Shown piece by piece: positions 24,574 to 33,998 of a stretch of 64,000 bases of DNA (the first letter of the stretch is position 1; each line of letters opens with the position of its first letter). The DNA comes from Entomortierella parvispora E1425. Taxonomy: Eukaryota; Fungi; Mortierellomycota. Under the pieces are notes generated by a model, which did not search any database, had not been told where the DNA came from, and saw only the letters and a program-made list of their open reading frames with translations. A program made the position numbers and the translations under genes. The DNA lies in contig BQFW01000001.1 of the NCBI GenBank assembly GCA_020891255.1, positions 868,001 through 932,000 of the forward strand, in the 5' to 3' direction.

Positions 24574-26950
24574 GATGAAGCAATTGTCGGTAGGATATGC
24601 AGGAGGGAAGGAGCGAAAGTGCCCGCAAGGAGAAGGTGAGATAAAGACACGAGAGTAAGGAAGGGGTCGTTAGAGTGTGAGGCGGGAGAAAGAAAGAGAG
24701 AGAAAAAAAGGGAAACGGGAAAAAGGAAAGGAGAGAGGAGAGAGGGTGATGGTCTCGCGAGGAGATGGGAATGGGGTAGCGGGATGATGATGATGAAGAG
24801 AGAGAGGGAGAGGGAGATGGGGAGAAGAGAGATGAGAGAAGAGGAAGGAGGGCAAAGGAGCAAAGGAGGGCGAAGAAGGATAAACTAGAGAGAGAAAAGG
24901 GTTGCTGCCAGCCATAAAGAAAGCGACAACAACGGCCGTTTGTCGTCCCGCGGATTCGACCGACGACTGGTCCAGAAGCAGCGAGTAAAGGCACAGATGG
25001 ACGCGGGCTCATTTGAGTGTGTTTGCTTGTGCGAGATGTGTTTGTGTGTCTCGCACTTGTTTGCGACTGATATGCTTCGATGGGATGGACACCTCGATGG
25101 ATCGATCGCTCGCTCGCTCTCTCTTGATGTTGCCACCAAACAACAGCCTCCTTCTTTCTCGGTCTTTCTTTCTTTCTCTCCTCCTCCATCCTTCAGTCGT
25201 ACTCTCATCCTCGGTACAATGACCTGTCCTTCTTCACTCTCGATCCATCTCGTCCCTACCTCGCGTGCACGCCTGTCTTCAGATCCGCTCTGGCGACCTG
25301 TCTTGCAGAACTTTGCTCTCTATCCATCTTCCCACACAGCCGTAGGTGCTCTCTCGGATGGGCTGAACGCCGCGCTGCTGGAGAACCTGTCAACAACAAC
25401 AAGAACAAATGCACCAGTCGCGATCCCTGTTGTTTCTCCACTACGTTTGTCCGGACAATTACCTTTCTCCACCGTGGATAAATTGGTCCGGGCTCTCCAA
25501 ATGAGGACAACTTTATTTTATTTTTTTTCTTTTTTTTTTTTTTTTTGTGGGCCTCCTCTTTGGCCTCCAGTTCCTCATGCCAGTTTGATCATCATTGCAT
25601 TGTCTGTGCTCAATGCATTCCTCGGGCGGGAAACAACCCATAGTCATGAGAAAGCGACATGCACTGATGCTCACCTTCGAGCCAGAAGGAATGCATAGAA
25701 TGAACGACCATGACATAAAGAGGGCAAGAACGTTGACCCTTCGATTTCCTTTTTTATTCCTAGGACCTCGTTGCTTTAAGGACGGACTTTGTTCACGAAT
25801 TTGCCTTTATTTGCGTCTCTTCTCATTCGATGAACGCTTCTGGACAGTCCTGGGACTTTGCGGAAAGGTGTTTATCTAGTTTTATGAGTAATGTAATATG
25901 GCGCGCTAGTCAAATGATCGACTAGATAACGATAGTTCTGTATTGCTCAACATTAGGGTGGACAGGTGCATGAAAGAGCATGGGTCGGATCGGACGATCG
26001 TCCTAGCCCTGGTTCCCTCGCAGGATTCCTCATTTCTGCAGACCCTGAATCTGTACCTGTACGTACTTAGCAATCTTTTTTTTTTTTACAAGCGGAGACA
26101 CAAACGGCTAAACGTACCTGTGCCAGATGAATTTGTGCAGCAGCACGTTGGCCAGTTACAACACCGTTTTTGTGTCTCTTTGTTCTTCTTGCTCCCTCAT
26201 AGGCGCAGTGGTCCTTCAACGGTTATCTATTATTGTACGTCGAAACCTCATTTGGACAAAACTGAACCATCTCCATCTCGTCCTGTTTCACTTTTCCTGT
26301 TCATGTAGTCTCAGACATTCCAGTAGGGTTGGATCAAACGCGTGCACAGAGTACATTGTTCCGTTCCTGGATAATTCATCGGAGCTTTTTCGGATGCCAC
26401 ATGGCGTCGTGTGTCGTTCAGGAGATGAGATGATTGATTTTCTACGCCAACTGTCAAATCATGAGCAGCAGCCTGGTCGAGCTGATCCTCACTCAGAGTC
26501 TAGGATTGGTGCGCACAAAGGGAGTGGCGAAAATTGGGCTGCTAACTGGATCCAAACTGCAACGGGCGCTCCATCTGGCTCCTTTTTGACTGTAGAAGGT
26601 AAACCCCGTCTTTCAGCTCCTTTGACCATTGCCTCGATGTGTATCACAACTGAACTGTGGTTTTGGCTCTGCTGTGTGTGCTTCAGATTGCAGGCGACTT
26701 TTCTCTGGTGTGGGTACAATTCAAAACACTGTGCTTGCAACCTCAGACCAGCTGCAAGGCACGCCTTGTCTCCTCTCCCGCCAGAAAGCAAATAGACTTT
26801 CTGACTTCTTTGACACCGATCAGCCCTGTTAACCACTGTGTGATGCACTCAGTCCTTTCGTCTGATCTCGAAAATGTGAACAATGAACATTGTTTCTGCA
26901 ATAAAGTAGAGAAGACTACAATACCCTCTTTATGAGACAGTTAACTTGAG

Positions 26951-28717
26951 TTAAGCAGGATATCCGCGGCTCGTCCAGAACGGATCCTGCCATAATCCAT
27001 CACACTCCGGCCAATTCGCCTGCATCCACTCCCTCTCTTTGTTACCAATGCATACACTCATCTTGTCGACCTGTAGCCTCCTTAATGCCTTCAGACCTCT
27101 CAATTGATCCAGTCCGTCCTGAAGCGCGAGGGACAGACACTGGTAGTTATGATCCGCATCAAATGCAATGTTCATCATACGACAATACTCCTCGTCCGAA
27201 AGCTTGCTATAGTCAAGGCAGCATGCTTTGCTGCAGCGACCGTAGTTTATCTGGGGGCTGACACCCAGGATCAACTCTTTCAAGCTCGTCAGCTTTGCCA
27301 ATTAAGCCAAGATCTTCTCTTGAACCTGACGACTCTGCTGCATCGTGTACTTTTTGGAGACATGGAGATCACTCTCGAGCGGCTCATTATCATAGCGCCC
27401 AGTTCGAACATCTGGACGAGGGATCCCTCCAATCAAGCACCGAAAGGATTCCAGGCCCAAGCAAACCCAGTCATTGTCAATGTCACTCGCCAACATCAGC
27501 GACTCCTCGACAGATTGATTTCTTGCCAAAGAACGAGGGCAAACATCTAGGCGCTTGAGCTTGGGCGACGAAAAAAGCAACTTTTGAACCTGAGAACTAT
27601 TAAATTCAGTGCACATTTCGATTCGAAAGTTCTCCAGTGTTGGGCATTGGTCAAAGATGGCCGCGACGATAGAACTGTTCATGAGACGGCTCCTACCCTT
27701 GAACCCCAAAGTCTTCCATCCCTGACGACAGCCCTTAGAGATGAGCTCACAGATACAGGGAGACAGTGGAACTGGTATATCTACCTTCCTGCGGAAACTG
27801 ATGTGCAATTCGTCCAACGAAGGAAAAGACTGCTTGGACAAGAAATTTGTGTAGAGATCCTCTACCATGTTGACTCGAGGACCAAAGAGTGTCAGCGATT
27901 TCAGCTTGTAGTGGGCTCTCCCCTTACTCTGGGACAGCGCGCCTTCTATGACCAAGCTGAGGGCCGCCAATCGTTCCTCCGTATTGTGTACCTGTTCACT
28001 CAGCAGAGTTGGATAAAGGTGTTCGTAGTCCAGCGTAAGCCTTTCAAGACTGGGTGGCAAAGCCATCAACAATTGAGCCTGGCATTCAGGTTCCCATCCT
28101 ATACAGTGCTTCAGAATCTTGACAGAAAGACTCTGTAAGCTCAAAGATCGCTTGAGGATATCCAAGAAAGGCCCCAGGTTCAGGGGCGTAGACTTGTCGG
28201 GCGTGGACTCTGAATGATTAAAGTCAACTTGCAATTGCTCAAGATGGGGCAAAGGCGCTTCAACCAAGCTCAGTGTTTGTGCCATTGAATCACCTAATGA
28301 CATGTGCGCCTCTTCTCCAGTGCCCACTCTGTCCTTTGTCCCTTCGCCTTCTTCCTCTTTCTCCTCTCCTTTCTCTGTCTTGGGCCAGACATCCTTTTCC
28401 CTCATCATCACCAAGAGTGCGTCATAACTCACGCGCAAATTTCGGATCCGATGCAAGTTGTTCAACACTGCAAAGGAGGTTGTCGCTCGAAAAGAAGATC
28501 CAGTATCCGCGCCTTGGATGAGAATCTGTCTTTGTGCTGACAACGTAACATGGATCGAGTTCCAAATCCTATCGGCAAACCAACTGTGCCAGGCCTTGCT
28601 CACCTCGAGAAGGACTGGATATTCATTCGAGGAGACATTGGCAAAAACCTCAAAGAGAATCTCGATTGGTAGATGTTGAAGGCGGTTGGAGTGGATAGCT
28701 CTCGGAGTACTATCCAT
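26951..28717 (-). pseudogene. F-box/LRR protein (Mortierella-type) interrupted by one in-frame TAA
   Basis: Starts MDSTPRAIHSNRLQHLPIEILFEVF...VSKAWHSWFADRIW (F-box). ORFs 27302..28789 and 26951..27301 are in the same frame, separated only by TAA at 27302-27304 (QEKILA*LAKLTSLKELILG). Confidence 0.8.
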
Positions 28718-29282
28718 TGCTGGCGGAAAAGTGAAAAAAGAAAGGAATGAGAAAAAAGAATCAGGAAAAAGAGGAATGAGGCAAGACATCAGGGCGAAAC
28801 ATCAGGGCGAAATTTTATTTAGGCTGTGCCATGCATGCGTGCACTCCGCACTCATCGAAAGTTCTTTCGGCAATGACATCCACTGAGTCAATTCAATTGC
28901 ATTGACAAAGCAAGCTCTAGCATCTTCTTGCACTCTGTGACGCTTAACTTCAATTTTCTTTCAACAGGTGCCGCAACGATCGGGAATGCGCTCCTTGACA
29001 AAACACGAGGAGAAAGAGCATCGACGCCAAAGATCCATCTTTATGATGGCGCTCCCAGACGAGGGCGCAGGTTTAGTTTTTCAGGGGGGCACGCTGCAGA
29101 CAAGGAAACGGCACCATTCTTTCCATCCATACAACAGTTGAACTGTTGAACTGGGCTGCTTACTGCAACTGCGATCCCTTTTTTTTGATACTTGTGTAGA
29201 CTCGTAGGACTTTTGTAGAAGGGATTGACTTCAAGAACTACGTAAACGTCGACCTATCTCCCAGCCACGAGATTGCCCGCGC

Positions 29283-30493
29283 TCACTTTCTGTACGCTGT
29301 GCGAGTGCCCAGCCAAACCTCTTTCAGTCTTTCGAATGTCAAAAGATGCCTCGCCACCCGTGCTTCGATCGACATGTCCATGTTCTGATCCATCGCTTCG
29401 TTTGAGCTCGCACCACCCTTGCTTCCTCCATTCTGCCATAGCTGTAAAGTCCTATCAATCTTTTCCTTCGAATCCAAACCTCGAACCCGAACTCGAAGGT
29501 GACAGAGCTCTTTGCATACCCATTCATTCTCCTCCACGATGTCCATGTCCATTTCATGCCGCTGGAACCTGAACGTTTTGAGCTTTGGGCAGGTCCTCGG
29601 TAAGAGCTGCAGAGCCAACCCAGATGATTGAAAGTGATCAGTCTCGATCGGACATTCATCTCTTTCTATGTCAAGGTGTTGATTCTTCCATGTCGTTGAT
29701 ACCCTAGACAATGTCGTCGCATGAAATTGAAGTGCCAGCATAATATCCATTGACAGTTGTTCGTAGGCAAATACGATAGACACCAGATTGCGAAAGACTC
29801 TGGATACCAGATTGCATAGCAAGCTGCGCGGCGTCGTCCATGTGATAATATTTTTGATTTTTGGGCTGCACAGTCGCGTCTCTGTCAAGAGATACTCAAT
29901 AGAAATGTACGGTGTCTCCTGCGATGAGTACATCGACCATTGAATAAGAGTATGGATGCAAATGAGGATCGACTGATACAAATACCCCAGAGCTCTATCT
30001 CGGTGAGTTGGGAGGAAGATGAGTCGGGGAAGACTCGGTTTAACGATATCATTCCAGGGGGGGAGCTTTCATTTGGGTCGTAGTTAATCATTTTAAGCGT
30101 CAGGTACTTGAGGCTTTTGCTGTTGTTGTTGATGAAATCCGAGGAAAGGATGCGAAATCGGGCGGTGGGAGGACATATCATTGAAATTACTTGCACTCTG
30201 CTGATATTCGGGTGAAGTAGAACATTCAGCTGCTTCAGTGTTGAGAGATTCTTGACCGTACGGATGTGGTGTCCAAGTTTAACTGTTACTGTGGTGTCTA
30301 GCTGCTCGAATGTACCATTTATTTCGAAATCGATATTATACCACACAACCGGAGTGAAATCCTTGTTCCAATCCTTGGAAACACGAGCGCACGAAATGGT
30401 GTCAGATAGGGAGACGAACCGACCAACGCGGTTTCTGATCTCGGGGAGGCTGAACGGACTCGTGTTGGTCAATGGACTTGTACTCTCGAGCAT
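29283..30493 (-). pseudogene. F-box/LRR-like gene, frameshifted or internally deleted
   Basis: N-terminal SPFSLPEIRNRVGRFVSLSDTISCARVSKDW...VW (F-box-like) is in ORF 29885..30493. The C-terminal family motifs (LPRTCPKL, EWVCKELCHLRVRVRGLD, SIEARVARHLLTFERLKEVWLG) are in a different frame, ORF 29283..29981. Confidence 0.7.
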
Positions 30494-30757
30494 CGTCTAG
30501 TGAGTGTGAGGAGGGAACGGCGAAGGATATGATGGAAAACTTGCGGGAGTGAAAAGGGAAAGAAAGAGGCCTGTGTGACCTTTGGCGAACCAAACGGTGT
30601 GTTCTCGGACCATGCACTCCCCCTATTTTTTTTTTTTTGCATGAGAATAAAGGAATTTGTGCAAACGAGTTCAAAAAGAACCACAGTACGCTTGATCACA
30701 GGTGTAGCAAAAGGCACAAAAAAGAAAGAGAAGCGAACAAGGAAAGGTCGCGTCTCA

Positions 30758-31464
30758 TAAAAAATCTAACCAACGACCATGTCGTTTGTTAGTTTTCCAC
30801 CGACCATGGGGGGACTTTCCTTTTTGGGCGTCTTATCCGTCGACCTTGACATCTCGTATCCGCCGACCATTAACCACCGACCCCTCTCTAATCCGCCGAC
30901 CTTCTTGTCCCTCATCCGCCGACCACTCCGTCTCTTGACCACCGACACTTCCGTAGCCGCCGACTTGTGAAATTTTGGGGGGTTCAAACTTACCAAAGGT
31001 TGCGAAGTAATTACTCTCTCCTGAACTTATGAAAAGTAGATGCTATGGATCTTATACCAATGTGTCTAGCAATATCTCCCTTGTAGCTTGGCCATCTGGG
31101 TCCTTGAAACTTCTGCTGTTGGTGACCGGCTGCTCGAAAGGACAGCGGTTGGTGAGAAAGGCAGCGCCGGTCTATAAGTCATCGATCTAGATTTTTTTTT
31201 TTGTTGACATGAACAAAGTACTTAGGTTAGGACGAGGACTAAGGGAGGGGTCATCCGCAGATAAGATGAAGACAAGTCGGCGGATACGGCAATGGTTAGG
31301 TCGGTGGATTAGAGAGCAGTCGGTGAATGAGAGACAGGAAGGTCGGTGGTTAATGGTCGGCGGATACGAGATGTCAAGATCGACGGATAGGATGCCCAAA
31401 AAGGAAAGTCCACCATGGTCGGCGGATAACTAACCAACGACTGAGTCGTTGGTTAGATTCTTCG
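30758..31464. mobile_element. Non-autonomous Mutator/foldback-type MITE (707 bp)
   Basis: About 200-bp imperfect terminal inverted repeats (30758-~30968 versus ~31273-31464). Flanked by the 9-bp direct repeat CGCGTCTCA at 30749-30757 and 31465-31473. No coding capacity. Confidence 0.85.
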
Positions 31465-31505
31465 CGCGTCTCAATGCTGAAGTATGAGAACAAAAAAAAA
31501 AATGC

Positions 31506-31511
31506 AAAAAA
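31506..31511 (-). terminator. Pol III terminator (T6 run) of tRNA-Ser
   Basis: Six Ts on the minus strand begin 8 nt after the tRNA discriminator base, with a longer T run just beyond. Confidence 0.6.
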
Positions 31512-31518
31512 GATATCG

Positions 31519-31599
31519 CGTCAACAGCAGGATTTGAACCTGCGCGGGAGAACCCATGAGATTTCTAGTCTCACGCCTTAACCGCTCGGCCATGTTGAC
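31519..31599 (-). tRNA. tRNA-Ser (anticodon AGA), intronless
   Basis: GTCAACA-TG-GCCGAGCGGTTAAGGC-G-TGAGA-CTAGAAA-TCTCA-TGGGTTCTCCCGC-GCAGG-TTCAAAT-CCTGC-TGTTGAC-G folds as a full cloverleaf with a long variable arm. Confidence 0.97.
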
Positions 31600-32261
31600 T
31601 CAATTCGATGAAAACCAAATCCAGTCGGTTCTCCAAGTTCGAGCATTTCGTCACGTTATTTCCAAGCATAATTACGTTAAATCCTCACATTATCACGTGA
31701 CAAAGATCGGGCGGAGCCCAAGATCTTGACAAGACCGGGGTGAAGACGTGACTACACTCTGCCTTCCACAACTTGTTTGCGTCTCGCTTCTTGAATGGAG
31801 ATAGATCCGCTCCGTTGGCGTTGGCCCACTCGGTCGTCACTGTTCACTGATCGACACTACGAGGTGAGTTGATAAATTTTCGTGTAAGTAACTTGATCCC
31901 GGAAAAGCAACAACACCTGGCAGCGTCTATGAAGTCTGGTCAGAGCTAACGACACACTCCTGAGACTGGAGGTAATGGCACAGCTGCTTCATTCAGGACC
32001 AGCAAATCCGCAGGCTTATCCGGATTTCTTTCGACAAGGACGTAAGATTCTGAACCCAAACTGACTGACTGACTGTCGGGCTAGTTCATTGCAGGGTGTC
32101 CATTCATCCAAAAAGGAGCAGAGCCAAAGCCAAAGTGGAACCCGTCGCAAGCATTTGTAGTGTACAAAGAGTGTTCTTTTATTCTAATTTCAGGAAGACA
32201 GCTCGGTATTGTGTGTGTGTTGTGTGTGTGAGTGTGTGAGTGTGCAGGTTTTTTTTTTTTT

Positions 32262-32681
32262 TTACAACTTGGCCTTGAAACCAGTCTTCTCCTTGGCAGC
32301 GTTCAAGACAGAGTCCAACTTGGTGGCCATCATGATGGCACCCTTGACCTTGATCTTTCCGCTCATGAACAACTTCTGACCGTTGGCCTTACCCTCGGCC
32401 AAGGCAACAAAGTCATCGTCCTTGAGGTCGATGGTGATATCAGGCTTGAGACCGGCGACGGTTCCCTTGTGCATGGCACCGGTACCGGACTTGAGGTCAA
32501 AAGTCCAGGTGGCGGTCTGGTTGGCAGAGTTCTTGACGTTGAACTGGAAGACACCCTTGACCTTCTTGACCTGATCCTTGCGCTCGGCCTCGCTCATGGT
32601 CTTGAGGTGCTCATCGATCTGGGAGAGGAGAGCAGAGGACTTGAAACCTTCGACGTTGAGAGCTGTGATGATGGTTGTCAT
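32262..32681 (-). CDS. Sterol carrier protein 2 (SCP2/POX18-like), peroxisomal
   Basis: 139-aa single exon. Motifs KVKGVFQFNV, WTFDLK, PDITIDLKDDDFVALAEGKANGQKLFMSGKIKVKGAIMMATKL. Ends in -AKL (PTS1). Confidence 0.93.
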   Translation of the reverse strand: MTTIITALNVEGFKSSALLSQIDEHLKTMSEAERKDQVKKVKGVFQFNVKNSANQTATWTFDLKSGTGAMHKGTVAGLKPDITIDLKDDDFVALAEGKANGQKLFMSGKIKVKGAIMMATKLDSVLNAAKEKTGFKAKL

Positions 32682-33998
32682 AGGCGTTAGTAAGGTCGAA
32701 GATGGAAAGAGAGTGAGAAAGGTATGGTGATGGTCGTGATGGTCGTGATCGTCGCCAAACGTGAGGAGACAAGATCAAGAGCGAGTCGAAAGTCAAGCAT
32801 CCTTGATCCATTGTAGTTTGAGGGTTGCGTGTGCATTCGGTTTCCTGGTTTCCTGCCAGGCTGGCAAGCGCGCTCCTTTCGTTCTGAGTCTTTCCTTGCA
32901 CTTCCTCGGTGTCAAAGATGTGCGTTCCTGATCTGATACCGTTGTCGACGGCAAGCGTTTGTCAGGTACTTACACATGGTGGGTTATAATGTGTTGTGGG
33001 GGGGGGGGGAGTGGAGGTAGTTGATGATGAATGAAGAAGAGGGGAAAAAGGAAGCCGACGGGTTTTTATACTCGACCGAATTACGCTTTAAGAAACAGGG
33101 ACGATCTGTCTCTTTCAGCTGCTGAGAACAAAGACCAAAGTAAAAGAGAGAAAGTTGAGATCCACCGCCCGGCTCATCAATTTCTCTGGGCTGCTGTTCG
33201 CTTGAAAAATCAAAAGAAAACTTTGCGGGCAAGAAAGTTGTATGTCATCGCCTCATCCCCCTCTCCTTCATATGTCACTCAGTCGAGCTCTTCCATTGGG
33301 TTGACTTTGCTGTCTACTCTTTGCTACTGGCTACCTGTCTGGTGGCCAGTGACGGCGGATAGTGCGCAAGGAGGACGAGGCGGGTTTAACACAGCTCGTT
33401 CAGGATTCAGGCACAAGAGTTAGCAGCTGTTTTGTCGATCGCGTGTCAACGTGCCATGACGAGGGTATGAAGTGTCAGTGCCAAGGTGGAGAACTACATT
33501 TGTGTCGTCCACATCTTGACGTTGCTCATTTCCATAAAGTGTCCCCCACACCCACGTCTCTCCCTTACGTCGTTAATCCACCCAATCGGCCTTTGCTTTC
33601 CAATTCAATTCTAGTTCCAGCATTTTGAAAAAATGTGAGCACTCAGCGCATGTGTTGCAGCAAGCCCTCCCCAACCACCCACCACCTGGGAGCGGGGGCA
33701 GTTGAGCTCTTTGGACCGAGCCGAGCTCGTGGATCTCTTGCACCCTGTTCATCTCACCCACTGCCGCTGTCACCCACGGCTACCCCTTTCACTCGACCCA
33801 TGGGTGATCTCGGCAACAATCAGCTTTCTTGCTTTTTTTTTTTTTTTTTTTTTTTTTGCAGGTCTGTTGAACGACCCGATCTATCGGTCTGGTACACTGT
33901 GAAGATCGGTACTACCTTTCCTTTTTGTGTCGGTCAAGATTACCTTTATTTACAACAACAAGACAGTACGCTCCAAGGCGAGCGGCGGAGACAAGTAG

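Noticed and set aside
24428-26935. ORFs of 222-253 aa between the PARG-like gene and the first F-box gene
   Set aside because: Low-complexity or motif-free translations overlapping CT/GA-rich leader sequence. No consistent splice model or family signal.
30797-30964. Regularly spaced short repeats considered as a CRISPR-like array
   Set aside because: The core is only 8 bp, the spacers are short and related to each other, the pattern is mirrored in the other arm, and the context is eukaryotic with no cas genes. Explained as TIR sub-repeats.
30766-31433. Four short ORFs with near-identical peptides on opposite strands
   Set aside because: Artefacts of the MITE inverted repeats, not genes.
31680-32200. 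Possible snRNA/snoRNA between the tRNA and SCP2
   Set aside because: No convincing Sm site, C/D box pair or known snRNA 5' sequence could be identified by eye.
32232-32690. 152-aa plus-strand ORF
   Set aside because: Antisense shadow of the SCP2 gene.
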